A stretch of 42,748 bases of DNA from Spirogloea muscicola (taxonomy: Eukaryota): contig WELB01000028.1 in the NCBI GenBank assembly GCA_009602725.1, forward strand, positions 354,507 through 397,254, read 5' to 3'. Every line of letters begins with the position of its first letter. The stretch's first letter is position 1. The notes under the pieces were generated by a model, which saw nothing but the letters and a program-made list of their open reading frames with translations, did no database searches and was not told where the DNA came from. Of this stretch, positions 12,244-25,309 are shown in pieces. Both the position numbers and the translations under genes were made by a program.

Positions 12244-13660
12244 ATGGGCGGCAGCGGCGGCGGAGGCGTGGTGGAAGTGACGGGCGCGGCCCACTGGGAC
12301 GCGCAGCACGCGCAGGCGCGCCGCGACCGCAAGCTCGTGCGCAGCCCCACTTGCCGCCCCCGCCGCTCCGCAGAGGCCGCCTAGGGTTTAGGGATTGCTG
12401 GCCCGCCGCGAAGCGCCATGGCGTCCGCAGAGTCGTGGGAACCGCGGCCCGCTCAGAGCTGAGCGCACGCCGGGGCCGCGCTGCGGGGCGCAGGTGGTGG
12501 TGGACTTCACGGCGGCGTGGTGCGGGCCGTGCCGGACCATGGCGCCCGTCTTCGCGGAGCTCAGCGCCCGCTACGGTGATGGCGCGCTCTTCCTCAAGGT
12601 CGACGTCGACGCCTGCCCGGTGAGAGCGCCCCGCCCTCACTCCCTGGGCATGGCACTTCGCCACACTGACGCCATACAAGGACCTGCTCTCATGAAGGAG
12701 TAGCAGGCTGTGACCACAGCGTCGCGCTCAGGCAGCTTGGTCTGACGGCTGAGGCACAGTGGAGCTAGTCGTCAGATGCCCCAGACCCAGTCTCTCACTG
12801 AAGCCGTTGAGCACCAGGCAGTTGACATGCGCCACCTTGGTGGGCGCATGCTGGCACAGGACGTCGCGCAGCAGTGCCGCGTGCGCGCCATGCCCACGTT
12901 CCAGGTGTACCGGGACGCGAAGAAGTTGGACGAGGTGGTCGGCGCCGACCGTGCCGGGCTGGAAGCGGCGATCAAGAAGCACTACGCCGCCACCAGCGCC
13001 GCTTTCTCGGGCCAGAGCTACAGCCTTCGGGCCGCCGCGCCAGATCAGGACGAAACTCATACATCCGGTGAGCTTGTGCTCATTAGGTGGGACTAGCCTT
13101 GTACATGTATGATATAGGGCAACTCTTGAGACTAATTTCACCTCAGAAATTGCACGACTGAGAAGGGTTTTGCAATGAGCGTCCAGCCTAGTGACTGGCT
13201 TCATCGAATAACTTCTTTGACATCCTGCAGTGGCTGTTGAATCAGGACTGCATGCGCCATCTGGGTACTGCTGTGCTCAAGTTGATGATACAAGCAATGT
13301 TCAGTGGTGCACTTTATTGATGACTGACCACACTCAAAGTGCGGTTGACATCTGGTAGGGGCCACACAAGCACTGACCCAGTTGCCAGCAGAAGCGACGG
13401 CAGTCTATCGTGGGCCCGATGAGTCGGCACCAACAACATCAATCCAAATCCGGCTTCCGGATGGCTCCCGGCTTCTCGGCAGATTCAACCTGACAGATAC
13501 CATAGCTGGGATTCACAGCTTCATCATGTCATCGCAGCCCAAGCTTGCCTCAAGATTCCAGCTTGAGATACCCTATCCACACAAAGTGCTCGGTGATACA
13601 TCGCAAACCATTGCGGCCTGTGGGCTGGCAAATGCAGCAGTGACAGTGAAATTATTGTAA
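12244..13660 (+). CDS. Thioredoxin (h-like, WCGPC)-SHP box-UBX fusion protein, 4 exons, 242 aa
   Basis: Exons 12244-12336, 12494-12619, 12860-13067 and 13359-13660 are all GT-AG and phase-compatible. Motifs: [28 protein letters not shown]; then FSGQSYSL; then [20 protein letters not shown]…YPHKVL…[12 protein letters not shown]. Confidence 0.85.
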
Positions 13661-14129
13661 TAGCAGCTGCCTCTATTCAGTCCAGCTTGTGTGTACATAC
13701 TGCAGTGTCCGCGGCAAATGACTAGCCTCTGTATTTTGCTGCGGAGGTACATACTACAGTTTACGATAGTGATTAACTTCTATATCAGAAGCATGAATAC
13801 AGCTTATCTTAATTCCAGTGGCAAAATCTAGACTCTGTGGATCGTTTCCTGCACTCGACGCGCCCATCAATCCCTTTTCCCCTTTCTCTCCGGTCATGGT
13901 CACAAGCGACCACGATGGAAGATGAGGTGGGATGGCAGTGTAACCTGCTCTTGTTGACCATGTCGTCTACACAAAAACATCCGTAGTTCCACTCCGATCC
14001 AGCTCCTTCCTTTTGCACCTCTTTTGTCGACAAGCTTATACCTTCATATTCTAGAGGTGGATTGAGTAAAGCATTGCGCTGGCCTTGATCAAAATTATGC
14101 TGGTGAATGCTTCCCTGCTCTGCTTTGGT

Positions 14130-17100
14130 CTACTTAAAGCATTTGGCCTCAAGAAGAGGGAGGCCATGAATCACATTAGGCTCTTCCAGGTACTGGTTGA
14201 CCAGCTCCTTCTGCTCCTCGTTTGTAATGTCCACCTGTTCCTCCAAAACAGGCCAGAGGCAGAGACATCTCACCATTGATCAAGAAGGGCATCAAGAAAC
14301 ACTCAATAGCGAAGATGCTCAGCCTTAGTAGCTTAAGTGCATGTTGGTGAATCAATGGGACAAGATGTGAGACAGGTCCACACAATAGCACAAAACTACA
14401 CAAGCCGTGGAAACATGTTATTTAATTGCTGTTCCATCCTCATAATGTTGTCCGAAATATGGCTTTGTAAGAAGCAGGCCTCACCTTTGTCCACTCGTAC
14501 AACTCGCAGTCATAGCACTCATCCATCACAAAGGGTGGAACTTCAAGACCACGGAACAGCCAAAAGCCCCTGATCTCATATGGCGCCTTGTCGCCAAGAA
14601 TGCAGAGCTTGGCGAAGGCGTATTTGCGGGCCAGATCCATGCGCTGCAAGAATCCGCTGACTTTGTTCATGGTGACAAATGGAACTTGATTTTCATCATT
14701 GTACTTGTAATCGCAGAACCACAGTGAATAGCCAGCTGGGTCATACATTTCCCAGAAGCCTGTAAGAGATTGAGTTCAGAGAATGATAAGTCATACACTA
14801 TGAGAAATACAACTTCCTTGAAGCTGCACTTTGCTGTCCACAGCTGCAAGGTATCATGAATGGTCAACGTCCGTCACAGGTGATGCAACTATTTGCTGGA
14901 ACTCTGTTGACATACAGTGATTGTGATGTCTTCATATAGCAGCACCTGGGAAGTCCACTGGAATCCAAATGTGGAAACTTACCCTTGATGGCAACTTCGC
15001 GAAACTCCTTTGCTTTGGTATTCGAGTACAACCGCTTCCAGGCATCCATGATCATGGGGCTGGGAGGGAGGAGGTCCAAGGGATTTTTGGCCTTCGGTTT
15101 TGGTGCTGCATCCTCTTCATCCATGGATGAGGATGGGGGTGTAGCCGCTGGTGCAGACTCTGTTGGCTTTGCCTCTGCCACAGCCTGCCACATTTATTTG
15201 CAGCACAAGTCATGTATCAAATGAAACCTCTTGGTGTCCTCTACACTTCAGGACCACAACCAGCAGATGTGCTGCTGCACATTACCGGCAAACTTCGATA
15301 TGTGTTTCCTAGAGCCCAGTGTCACCCTGTTTCTTGACTATTTGCCTTAGAGCTCTGGAAGCCAGTCCTATACAACTATATGTGGCCACTCTCGACTGAG
15401 ACCTTACCGCAGCAGCAGCAATGGCTGAAGCTCCAGCTGCACCTGCCTCAGCTGCGCCCTGAGAATCTTCCTGTAAAGTCCCTTGGGCAGATGTAATCGG
15501 CGTTGCAGGTGCAGCCACAGCTTGCTGCACCTTGGCAGCAGGTGGAGATTGCAGAGGCTTTTTTGCCTGCTCAAGGTCGCCAATGACCTTCTTAAAGTTT
15601 GGCTGGTTGATGAGGGTGAAGAAATAGCGCTCGACGTGGGGATACTCTGCCGTAAACTCCTTGGTGCAGGCGTACTTGAAAGGCTGGACGAGATTGCAGA
15701 CCACAATGATATCTGCTAGAGTGACACTGCTTCCGACGAGGTATGTGTTGCTTTCCAAGTGACTGTTGAGGGCTCCCAAGCCCCTCTTGACTGCTGCAAT
15801 TGCGAAGTCCTCTGCCTGCCGGTATTAACACACAGAGGAACTTGATTTTTATTTCATAACTGTGTTGTAAGTGCTTGTGCTATCCTCTGTTTACTTAAAA
15901 GTACAGATATCAACAAAGACTCACAAGAGATTGCACCCTGGAAGAGGTTGATGTGCAGTTTGACCGTAACACGCTCTTACAAGGGCAAGGTAACACAGTC
16001 ATCCGCACCTCTTGGGTCCAGGGTATGTAACCCATCAAGGGGCCAATCCATTGCCTGATGGGGACTTCTATTTCACCGACAGAGAAGTCAATCCACTGCT
16101 CAATATGCGCCTGCAACAATATGTGCCGCCTATCAGCTTGCCAGCACATACAAAGAAAACTGCCCAAGTGCACTGCAGTCATGAAATGCCTTATCAACCT
16201 CTTCACGACGAGGCTTGTTGTACATCATCATCAGCCTCATCATCAGCCTCACAGTAAATCGCATAGATACTCAGATAAATGCATACAACTCTGTCATTCT
16301 CACCATATCAATGAGAGAGGAGCCATAGAGCCCTTTGTCAGCGAGCCTTGAGACTGCAAGCAGGGCAAACACGTCTCGCAGCTGAGAGCCTACTCAGGGT
16401 CATGGAATGCTGTCGTATGTAAATATCAACATGTGTCAATAACATGAGCATTCCAATGATATTCTTCCTGAATGAGCACACTACAGGAAGGACCTTGTGG
16501 TGAGAGGGCCTTGCAGGGGACTCTTGGAGCATAACAGACGCCAACATGTAAGCGGCTATGAGCCTGGAAGTAGCTTCCACATCGTTTTGAAGGTAAGTAG
16601 GCTCAGGATTGGCATACCGTAGCGTGCGATGGCATTGCTTTCAAAAATTGCTCCACTTGGTGTCTCCAGCACTGGTACCTGCAAGCATGGAGACATTTTG
16701 CCTCTTTATCAGTTGGTGTGCAGGCTTCTTTTCCTGTACATGGAACCCAGCGTCCAGGAAGCACTGCTATTTCCAGCTCCATTGAACTCCAAATACCTTG
16801 AACCGGCTCTACCTTTCTTCAGCACAAGCTTGTGACGAGCATCACTGTGCTGGACATGCACAATACAGAGCACAACTTTCGACAGCGGCCCGACGGGTCT
16901 CACCTTCCCAATAGGTGTCAGTTGCTTGATTTTGCTTGACTTGTCAGGGTCCCACTGAGGAACGTCAATCTTGACGCCAACGTACTCCGCTGCTACCAGG
17001 CATTTGTATGCGTTCTTGTTGCTGGGAAAGGTGTGCAGTTTCTGCGAGAGAAAGCGACAGCAGGCGCAGGTGGCAACTTGGATGAGCATAACGTCAGCTA

Positions 17101-17563
17101 GCCTGAGCAAGAGGTGACGAGCACAAGGACTAGGAGGTCATAGGGGCAGGGTTAGGGCATTGTCTGAAGCTATGACCAGTTCTCGTCCTTGCGTAGCGCA
17201 AGGTCGTGCCAGCAATGGTCGACAGTACTGCTAGAACGTCTTTAATAGTCGCCGCCGACAGCCTGCGACACGGAGGCCTCCAGGGGCACAGCTCGCAAGG
17301 CTGACGGACAGGCTGCAGATCTAGACCGCCGACGGAGGCGCAGAGGAAGCGAAGACGACACGAGTGCAATCACATGAACGAAGCTGCAAGAGAGCTCCCG
17401 CGTGGGAAGTCAGCTCCGCCGACGGACACGAGCGGTCCGAGGCCAGCATGCTGCACGAGACGCTGGGCTTCTGGCCGAAGGACCAGGGCTGGGGTCGGCA
17501 GAAGGCGGGCCAACGAGCGCCGCTTTTGGAGTGGCGGAGGGAAGATGTCCTCACCAGAGCCAT
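14130..17563 (-). CDS. EEF1G: Translation elongation factor 1B gamma (GST-N, GST-C, EF1G domains), multi-exon
   Basis: MAL|KLHTFPSNKNAYKCLVAAEYVG, PIGK|VPVLETPSGAIFESNAIARY, AHIEQWIDF, TYLVGSSVTLADI, PKAKNPLDLLPPS, WKRLYSNTK, FWEMYDPAGYSLWFCDYKYN, GFLQRMDLARKYAF, LLEAKCFK*. Confidence 0.96.
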
Positions 17564-18039
17564 GGCGGCGGCGGCGGCGGCGGCGTCGGCGGCGGCGGCG
17601 GTGGCGGCGCGAGAGCTCTGGCGACAACCTGCAGGGGTGGGTTCTCCACGGGCAGCGATTCCTGGCAGCCACCTGGCTGCCACGGTACCAGGGAGGAGAC
17701 TTGCAAGTGCATTGGAGGAAAATGGATGGCCAAGTGGCCAAGTACACCTGCGAGCACATCTGATGACGGGCATTACCCATTACCCGATTGACGCGCTCAA
17801 AAACCATCGGTCAGCACGTGGAGGTCGCTAAGCAACAATACCGGACGGCAAATTCCAACCCCTTCTGCGACTAACCAGAGCTCGCCCAGCTTCCTGGTGC
17901 AAAGCATGGATTCAAGCGCGCTGCGTGGGGGCGAAGGGGCCGCTGCAGGGACCCGCAGAGGAGCTCGTTCCCCGGGGCATCTCCACAACCCCCGGGGCCT
18001 TAAGCCCCGACGGGGGGCTTTTGGGCCGGAGACGCGCTT

Positions 18040-18150
18040 AACGTGGCGTTCCCGTTGCGTCGGCGGCACGTTCAGGCCGGCCGCGACCTGATCGCCACGT
18101 TGGTCTCCACGTCGGATCATCGGACCGCCCGGCGATGCCACGTGGGATGA
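18040..18150 (+). promoter_or_regulatory. Cluster of ACGT/G-box elements upstream of CSP41b
   Basis: GCCACGTGG (G-box core 18139-18144) plus ACGT cores at ~18041, 18068, 18097 and 18109, 130-230 bp upstream of the ATG of a plastid-targeted protein. Function is inferred only. Confidence 0.35.
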
Positions 18151-18270
18151 CCATGTGGATTTCTTTGTGGCACTAGTCTGGGTGAGGGTCCCCCCTCCCC
18201 GCCCCTCGAGGGCATTTGGTCATCGCCGGCCAGTCCCACTTCCCTCCCGCTTCTCGCCCCGCTGCGCGTC

Positions 18271-21200
18271 ATGGCGGCCGCTTTGTCGAGCCGCGCCGTC
18301 GCCGCCGCACCGACCGGCATTTCTACCGCGTCCGCCGCGCGCAGGTAAGAGCGAGTCGGCATGGCGACGCTTGCTGGCAACGACGTTGCCACATAGGCAT
18401 ACAATGTGTGTCAGCTCCTGCTGTTTATTGAGCGAGTGCTGCCAGGCCCTGCATTGGCTGTTCCGGAGGCTGCTAACCCTGGTGTAGGATTTCGAGCTTC
18501 ACGAAGCGGGTGGAGCATAGCATCTGGCTGCCACAGGGGATCACAGTGCTAATCCTGGAAATGCTTGCACTGAAGCGAGAGGAAACATTGCCGCTTTCTC
18601 GGCTGCCGTGCTAATAGAAGCAATTGAACGTGAAGAGTTGTCCTCAGTAACGTGATCTTGATCTGTAATCGCATTTGTAGTGCATGCTTATCTACAGGGC
18701 CAGCTCCTCAAAGGAGGCGGCGCTATGCATTGCATGCCCTAAGTCCATCACATATTCTGGTCTTCGCCGTGATGAGCTGGTTATAGCAACTCTTGAGCAG
18801 TCGCATTTGAGAAGCCAGGTATGCTAGTCATCAGGCCACACGATGCACTCCAGCTACCTTGTGTCTGTCATGCAAAGATATTACCAGGGCTGTCAGGAGG
18901 GGCCCCCTGTAGATTCGTCTAGACCTTTCTAGTCACTGAAGTGGTCCTTGCTTTCCAAGATTTGGTATAAGTGATCGTTTTGCGTCGCTACTTTTGCCAA
19001 CACCATGTGAAAGCAGCTCCGACGAGTGTAGTCCCTATTCGATCGAGAATTGTCTCTTGTGCCTCGATTATAAGTCTCAAGCCCCATAGCAGGTAGCATG
19101 AGGACTTACCTTGACTTCAATGCAGGTGAGGAGAGCTGTCTGGCGGCCAAGCCAGCAGGCCACAAAGTCATCAGTTGTCGTCACTGCAGCAGCCAGTGCT
19201 CCAAAGAAGATACTGATGCTTGGAGGCACGCGTTTCATTGGCCTCTACCTGGCACGCTTGCTTGTCAAGGATGGTCATGAGGTGCGAATGGCCTCCTCAC
19301 AGAGTTTCACAGACGCCGCCAATAAGCAGCAGCTTTATGAAGCGCAGGTCCATGTGGAATACTTCTTGTGACAGCAACTCAATGCAACGTGCATCTTTCG
19401 GTTGTAGGTTACTTTGTTCACAAGAGGGAAGAGCCCAATCACACAGCAGATTCCTGGGGAATCGGATGAGGAATATGCAGATTACTCCTCCAAGGTGGTT
19501 AAGAGCATTCTCAACTGCTTGAAGGGGCAGTCCCTTGAGCAAGCTTGCGCTTACTTTTGCATCTCTCTGAAGACATTTCTGCTCGTGTTGGCACAGGTTT
19601 GCTTTGAGACCCTGGGCTGAAGGCAGTTTAGTCAAGCTGGCCCTCCGCAGACAAGGATGCCCGTTCTCATTCTTGAACCAACCCGTTGTGCAGGTGAAGC
19701 ATCTCAAGGGCGATAGGGGTGATCCAGAGGCGGTAAAGAGCGCCCTTGAAGGCACAGGCTTCCAGGTTGTGTATGACATCAATGGTGAGCCCCCTGCAGC
19801 TTTTCCAAGATTTTGATATGATGAACTTCAACCTCCTTCTTTGTGATCACTTCAAGGACTGCCTACATTTGATGACTGCAGCTCCTCGGCGTGAACATAA
19901 AATGGCATTGTCTTGTGCTTGCAGGACGAGAAGCAACTGATTTAGAGCCTGTCCTGGATGCTTTGCCAAACCTTGAGCAGTGAGTATTGTTGAGATAGTA
20001 CTGTTTTGAGATCCTTACACTTGAAGATAGTCATTGCAACAAATTTCCTCCATAAGTACCACAACAAGCCTACCTCAAAGAGAACGTCAAACTGCCATGG
20101 AGTTGTCGATGCTGACGTATTGCCTTACACCTCAAGAGGACACACTGTTTCCAGTCATCACAGCCCCTGATGCTTTTCATGTTGGCCACCATATGCAGCT
20201 ACATATTCTGCTCATCTGCTGGAGTCTATCTGAAGACAGACCAGCTTCCCCATCGGGAGGTCCGTGTGGCGCTGACCTTAGTTGGAGATTGAAAGTGAGG
20301 CTGCATCATTTGCAGCAATTATATCAGACGGATAGTCAAGAAAATGGCGCCAAAGATTATCTGATCCCGGTTGCATATCTGGAATTTTGAAGCTCATTCG
20401 GGCAATCTGTTTGTTCATTGTCCAGCAAGACGCTGTTGATCCAAAGAGTCGACATAAGGGCAAGCTGGACACAGAGGCAATGCTGCAGTCACGGGGGGTT
20501 GCCTTCACCTCAGTCCGCCCGGTTTACATCTATGGCCCGCTCAACTACAACCCCGTGGAGGAGTGGTTCTTCCAGCGCTTGGCTGCAGGCAGACCTATCC
20601 CAGTACCAAATTCTGGATTGCAGATTACACAGCTTGGTCATGTCAAGGTAAGGAACAGCTGGGGTACTCTGCCTCGTTACCTCTGTAGCTTCACTGCCTC
20701 AGCATCCTCCTTCCTCTTGGACGCAAGACAATGATGAGCCTTATGCTTTCAGACTGATGGCTAGTCTAAGGTGACTGAACGCCAATCTGGTGAAGCAGTG
20801 CCTGTCATGAACAGCCATGGATATCATCGGCTTGCTTAATTTTACAGATTGGCACAATAGGATGCCCTTCATCAGATCATCTCTTCACAAAGTGCCACGC
20901 AGCATGTCTTGCACAGGATTTGGCCGTTGCCTTCGTTAAGATCCTTGGTAACGAGAAGGCCATTGGACAGATCTACAACATTTCTGGTCCTAAGTATGTG
21001 ACCTTTGACGGCATTGCCAAGGCTTGTGCCAAGGTAACTGTTAGCTAGATCACGTCAGTATTGTGGGTCACTATGTCTTGAAGAGACAACTGAGCTTAGC
21101 AACCATCTGAGCTTGCGAGAAGGATTCTGCGGACAAGCCTCTATACCCGCTACAATTTGCTGATGCCATGTCCTTACTTCATGTAGGCGGGCGGCTTTCC

Positions 21201-21673
21201 GGCACCAGAGATCATCCACTACAACCCAAAGGAGTTCGACTTTGGCAAGAAGAAGGGTTTCCCGCTGCGAGACCAGGTCAGCTCCTCGTGCAGATCCTTG
21301 TGCCACATGCTAATGACTCAATGCAAGCACACAGGCTGGAAACCTCTTGCTGCCATAGGAACCTCCTCTGGTGCACCATGGGAGGTTCCTACGTGCAAAG
21401 AGCTCTTTGACAAGCGTTTACTGAGTCAGCATCAGCTCAGCATGCATGCTTGCTGCGTGTCAACGGCCTGTATTCCTTTTGCAGCACTTCTTTGCCTCAA
21501 ATGAGAAGGCCGAGAAGGAGCTTGGTTGGAAGCCCGAATTTGATCTTGTGGAAGGCCTTACAGACTCTTACAACCATGACTTTGGGAGGGGCACTTTCCG
21601 CAAGGAGGCAGACTTTAGTACTGATGACATGATACTCGAGAAAGTGGGCGTTAAGGTCCCTGTTTCTGCTTGA
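18271..21673 (+). CDS. CSP41b: Chloroplast stem-loop binding protein of 41 kDa b (atypical SDR fold), multi-exon, N-terminal transit peptide
   Basis: KKILMLGGTRFIGLYL, LFTRGKSPITQQIPGESD, HLKGDR, VVYDING, YIFCSSAGVYLK, AVDPKSRHKGKL, RPVYIYGPLNYNPVEEWFF, HYNPKEFDFGKKKGFPLRDQHFFAS, DFGRGTFRKEADFSTDDMIL. Confidence 0.96.
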
Positions 21674-23369
21674 TTGGAGATTTTAGGCATCGTGAGCAGT
21701 GAGATTCTTTTAGCAAGGTTGACACTAGACGCGTATTAGCTGTGCAGCAAGAACTATGTGACATGATACCCTGAGCACCACCTCTTGAACTGGCGCCCTG
21801 GAGCTCCAGCCACCATTGTTACCATTCCTACCATTGGAATGTAGCCGCCTTATGCTGCTTTTCATGCCATGGTATATGGAAGCTCACCAACATTCATAAG
21901 CCTGCAGGTGCTGTCTGAGCCCTGGTGTTGAGTCATTTCTGCAGCTCGAGTCATACATTCATGCAACTCTCGTCACTTCGTTCGCTGATCTAGTGCGTGT
22001 CTGCAGAATGGAGCAAAGAACGGAGCACAATATTCTGAAAGTATATAATTTGCGGCTGTGTTTTAGGGCCAATCCCCCTTCAAGGCAGGACTGCACACAG
22101 GCTGCAAAAGAGGACAAAGCTGAGGAAATATAAGCAGCCCGGTTTAACACAAGTGCAGGGCTGCCTGATAATTACCTGGAGGACAGACTGGAGGTGGCTG
22201 CTCAGAGGAGGGGGGGGGTCAGCAACGTGTTGCCCTCAAGCCATGGACCGGGCCACCCATCCAGTGCGGCAACAAGCACGCTGCCATGATAATTAGGCTG
22301 TACTCGCAGCTCGCAGGTGCTGTAGTAAGGCGGGCACTGAGAGGCGGGCTGCTGCTTACTGTTATGCATTGCCGTGGAAGCCTGCTAACTGCACGCAAAC
22401 AAGAAAGCATGGCTCTGCTGAGCTCCTGCAAACCCCCTAGGAAACACATTAGAGGGCACCTGAGCTGACGCCCTAACAAGATAATAAACAGACGGCATTG
22501 GAAAAGCTAGTGATGTAGCACATTACATTAGCATTACAGAAAAAGGTAAATCATGCTGGTTGAGAGCACCGGGAAAGTTGGGGAGCACACACATCGTCCT
22601 GACCCGCAACACTAAAATTAGAGTGGTATATAAGGGAAATGCTCAACTGATGCCTGCGGTTGCTGAAGGCCAGCCCCAGCATGAAGGACTTCGCTGGTTA
22701 TGAGTAGGTCTGCTTGTGCTTTGCTGGTGCCTTGCCAACAAGCATTGGGGCTGCTTGTTGGCCAACACGTCCACTGCCACTGGCGGCTCCTGAAGAGTCA
22801 CATGGGCTCAACCGGTTGGAAGATTGCAAGCTCCTCCTCCTGGCAACAGGCCAACCCGAGGACTAGCAACTGTCGGGGCAGGAGGATGACCGCAAAGGTG
22901 GCTGCCGCAGCAAGAAGGAGCATCACACACTTCTGGAAGCCTAGTACTATAGAGACAGGAGGTCAAGTAGCTAGGAGGACTCGGAATGGAACCCCCCCGT
23001 GCATAAGCTCAACGCAGCAACTACAGTATGTGGCCTGCACGTGCGAGGCGAGGCTGCCGGCCTTCCTGTGCTGCCTGCATATGACGAGTCGACTTGGCTG
23101 TTGGCTGTTGGTGGTATGAAAAAAAGAATGTATGTATGCCGGCGTAGCATCAAGGAGTGGCCAGAGCGGGTACTTGGAGCTACTTGAGTCGACGTCATGC
23201 CGATCACTCAGAAAGGGGTGGGAGCAACGAGGGGGCTTTGTGGGAAGGGGAGCTACCGCGGCTCTGATCCAGCTGCTATGTACTCAATCAAATATTGACT
23301 AGAGCGTATTGAGATCCCATCTGTTGCAGCCCTTCCAAAGCTCAGAGAGTCTGCTCTTTCCTGCCCCTT

Positions 23370-23960
23370 TAGGCCTTGTCCACTCCTTTGGGGCTGGCCT
23401 TTGACAGCCATCGCTTCTCTTTCCACCCAAGGAGGTGTGCTGGTTGCCAACCCGGGGAGATATTTTTGGATAAGCGCAAACGAACAAATATCCTGCCGGA
23501 AATGGCTGTCTATTAGCACAACGCGTCCAGGAGTCAAGGGCTAGATCTTCTCCAGCGGCTCGCATATAGTTTGATCACCCAATGTCCAAGGCTAGCAAGG
23601 TGAGCAGCCCGGCTTCAAAGCCCATGGGATACTCGCTCAGGTGTTCTGCATGCGCCTGTCAGTCTCGCCTGCAATCCCAGGCTATTGCAGGGCACTCACA
23701 GGCAGGCCCCGCTCTGGCTGCTGCTTCTGGATCTTCCTATGGTGTCAATATTCCGGCTGCAAGCTACGGTAACTTGCGGCTGCTGACTAGACGTTTCTGA
23801 GCGCCCACTTGTAAGAGCCACTTGCCTGGCTGCGAGGGTCGACGCTGATGGGACTGTTTACAGCCGTTGGCCCTCTTTTGGGAGAGGCTATTCATTCCGG
23901 TCCCATGTGGACCTTGTCCATTCTCTTCTGGGCTACCCTTTCACAAAAAGAAACACTCTT
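23370..23960 (+). mobile_element. Decayed subfamily B retroelement C-terminus with flanking tail copies
   Basis: Pieces LDLLQRLA (cf. WLDLLQRLARH in the 36.4-37.6 kb element) and IPAASYGNLRLLTRRF* (ends 23800). Tail motifs at 23373-23412 and 23908-23945. Confidence 0.7.
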
Positions 23961-24224
23961 CTGGTAGAGGGCGATGACTATAGATGGTTAGCCCAGATAA
24001 AGTCAAACTTCGAACGGGCCAGAAAAGTGATAAAGCACAGAGCGACGCAAGTGGCCTCTGGTTCCTTAATATCCCCTGTTGAGCAGCCGCACAAAGAAAC
24101 TAGTCTCCGGGAAGCAGGTCCCTGTCTACACCAGAGGCTGCAGCACAGCTCACAGCCTTTCAACAGGGGATATAGAGCGCCCAGTGGCCACCTGAGTTAC
24201 TGCGTGCTTATGTGCTCTTCTGGC

Positions 24225-24485
24225 CCCTTCGAAATTAGTTCATTCTTGTTTCTGGGCTGGCCAATCACAGCCATCGCCCGCTACTGAATGTGTCTTTCTT
24301 TCACAGCCTTGTCGATTCTTTCCCGGCTGGCTGTTAATAGCCCTCGCCCCCATTCGGGAGAGCCACTTCTTCATTGGGAGAGCCACTCTCTTTCACAAGA
24401 CCTGCTCCTCCACTATAAGGCAGTGCGCTGTGAAATGCAAGCCCAAAACGTAAGAACAAGGTCCAAAGGGCCGAAAGGCGCCAAA
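24225..24485. mobile_element. Cluster of retroelement 3' tail copies (+ at 24225-24390, - at 24440-24485)
   Basis: ttctgggctggccaatcacagcc; cttgtcgattcttttcccggctggctgttaatagcc…gggagagccacttct; reverse aacaaggtccaaagggccg. Confidence 0.7.
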
Positions 24486-24550
24486 ACCACACAGCTCACA
24501 GCCATCGCACCCCCTCTCTCTCTCTCTTCTCCGGGATGAGCTTGCGGCTG

Positions 24551-24740
24551 ATGAAGCAAGCGCGGCCAGACTAACTGGTGGCTGGGAGAGGCCAGCCCAA
24601 AGGTATGGACAAGGTCTGAAGGAGCCGGAGCGCTAAGGACTGAGACAGCAGCAAGCGGACTCTCAGTGACCTCTAGTCAGTAGATGCAAGTCTGAATAGC
24701 TAGCAGGCGGAAAGACGTCGCCCTGACGGAAGCCGGAGGC
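24551..24740 (-). mobile_element. Subfamily B retroelement 3' end: ORF terminus plus 3' UTR/tail
   Basis: Reverse complement encodes FPPASYSDLHLLTRGH* (stop 24663), then gagtccgcttgctgc…cagaccttgtccatacctttgggctggcctctcccagccacc. The last ~68 nt are near-identical to 37222-37290. Confidence 0.85.
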
Positions 24741-25088
24741 CGCCGCCCAGTTAGCGCCAGTTAGCGCAGCTGCGAGTCTGCGGCACGTTCGAGGTTCGCC
24801 GGGAGGCACGAGGGTCCAGGGGGGCTGGGGGCCCGGCTGGCTGCCCCCTCTCGGGTCCGGCCCGTGGGTCCTCCCTCCCCGTGCGGGTCCGAGCGCACGT
24901 GCGGGGCGGGAGGCAGGGGAGGGGCGCAACCCGGGGCTAGATATTTGTGACGTGGCCGCGGCCGCCATAGCCGGCGGCCGATGTGGCAGGCCGGCCATGG
25001 AGGGCCACGCGGAAATATCTGGCCGCCCTCCCCCACCATCGACCGCCCACGGCCGGGAAACTGGAATTCCCCACGAGCCCGCCAGGAC

Positions 25089-25128
<40 letters not shown>

Positions 25129-25149
25129 AGCGGGCGGCGAAAGCAGCGG

Positions 25150-25252
25150 NNNNNNNNNNNNNNNNNNNNNNNNNNNNNNNNNNNNNNNNNNNNNNNNNNN
25201 NNNNNNNNNNNNNNNNNNNNNNNNNNNNNNNNNNNNNNNNNNNNNNNNNNNN

Positions 25253-25308
<56 letters not shown>
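25150..25308. other. Assembly gap (N run) followed by artefactual poly-A
   Basis: About 100 N, then about 56 A, inside a GC-rich exon. Confidence 0.85.

Positions 25309-25309
<1 letters not shown>

Noticed and set aside
12128..12395. TAGGGTTT telomere-like/telo-box motifs around the TRX-UBX start
   Set aside because: Only 1-2 units each; not an interstitial telomere, and too short to call as a regulatory site
22600..23250. Several 60-140 aa ORFs between CSP41b and the retro cluster
   Set aside because: No recognisable motif or consistent exon structure in any frame
24547..24650. CTGATGA core suggesting a hammerhead ribozyme next to the tail repeat
   Set aside because: No correctly placed GAAA or supporting stems, and the motif is absent from the near-identical copy at 37221
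25253..25308. Poly-A / poly-Lys tract (also poly-T at 35222-35234)
   Set aside because: Directly abuts N gaps in GC-rich exons. The 21-mer ccgcgatctccgccgcggcgg is duplicated either side of the N at 35221, which points to assembly artefact rather than a retro tail or coding sequence.
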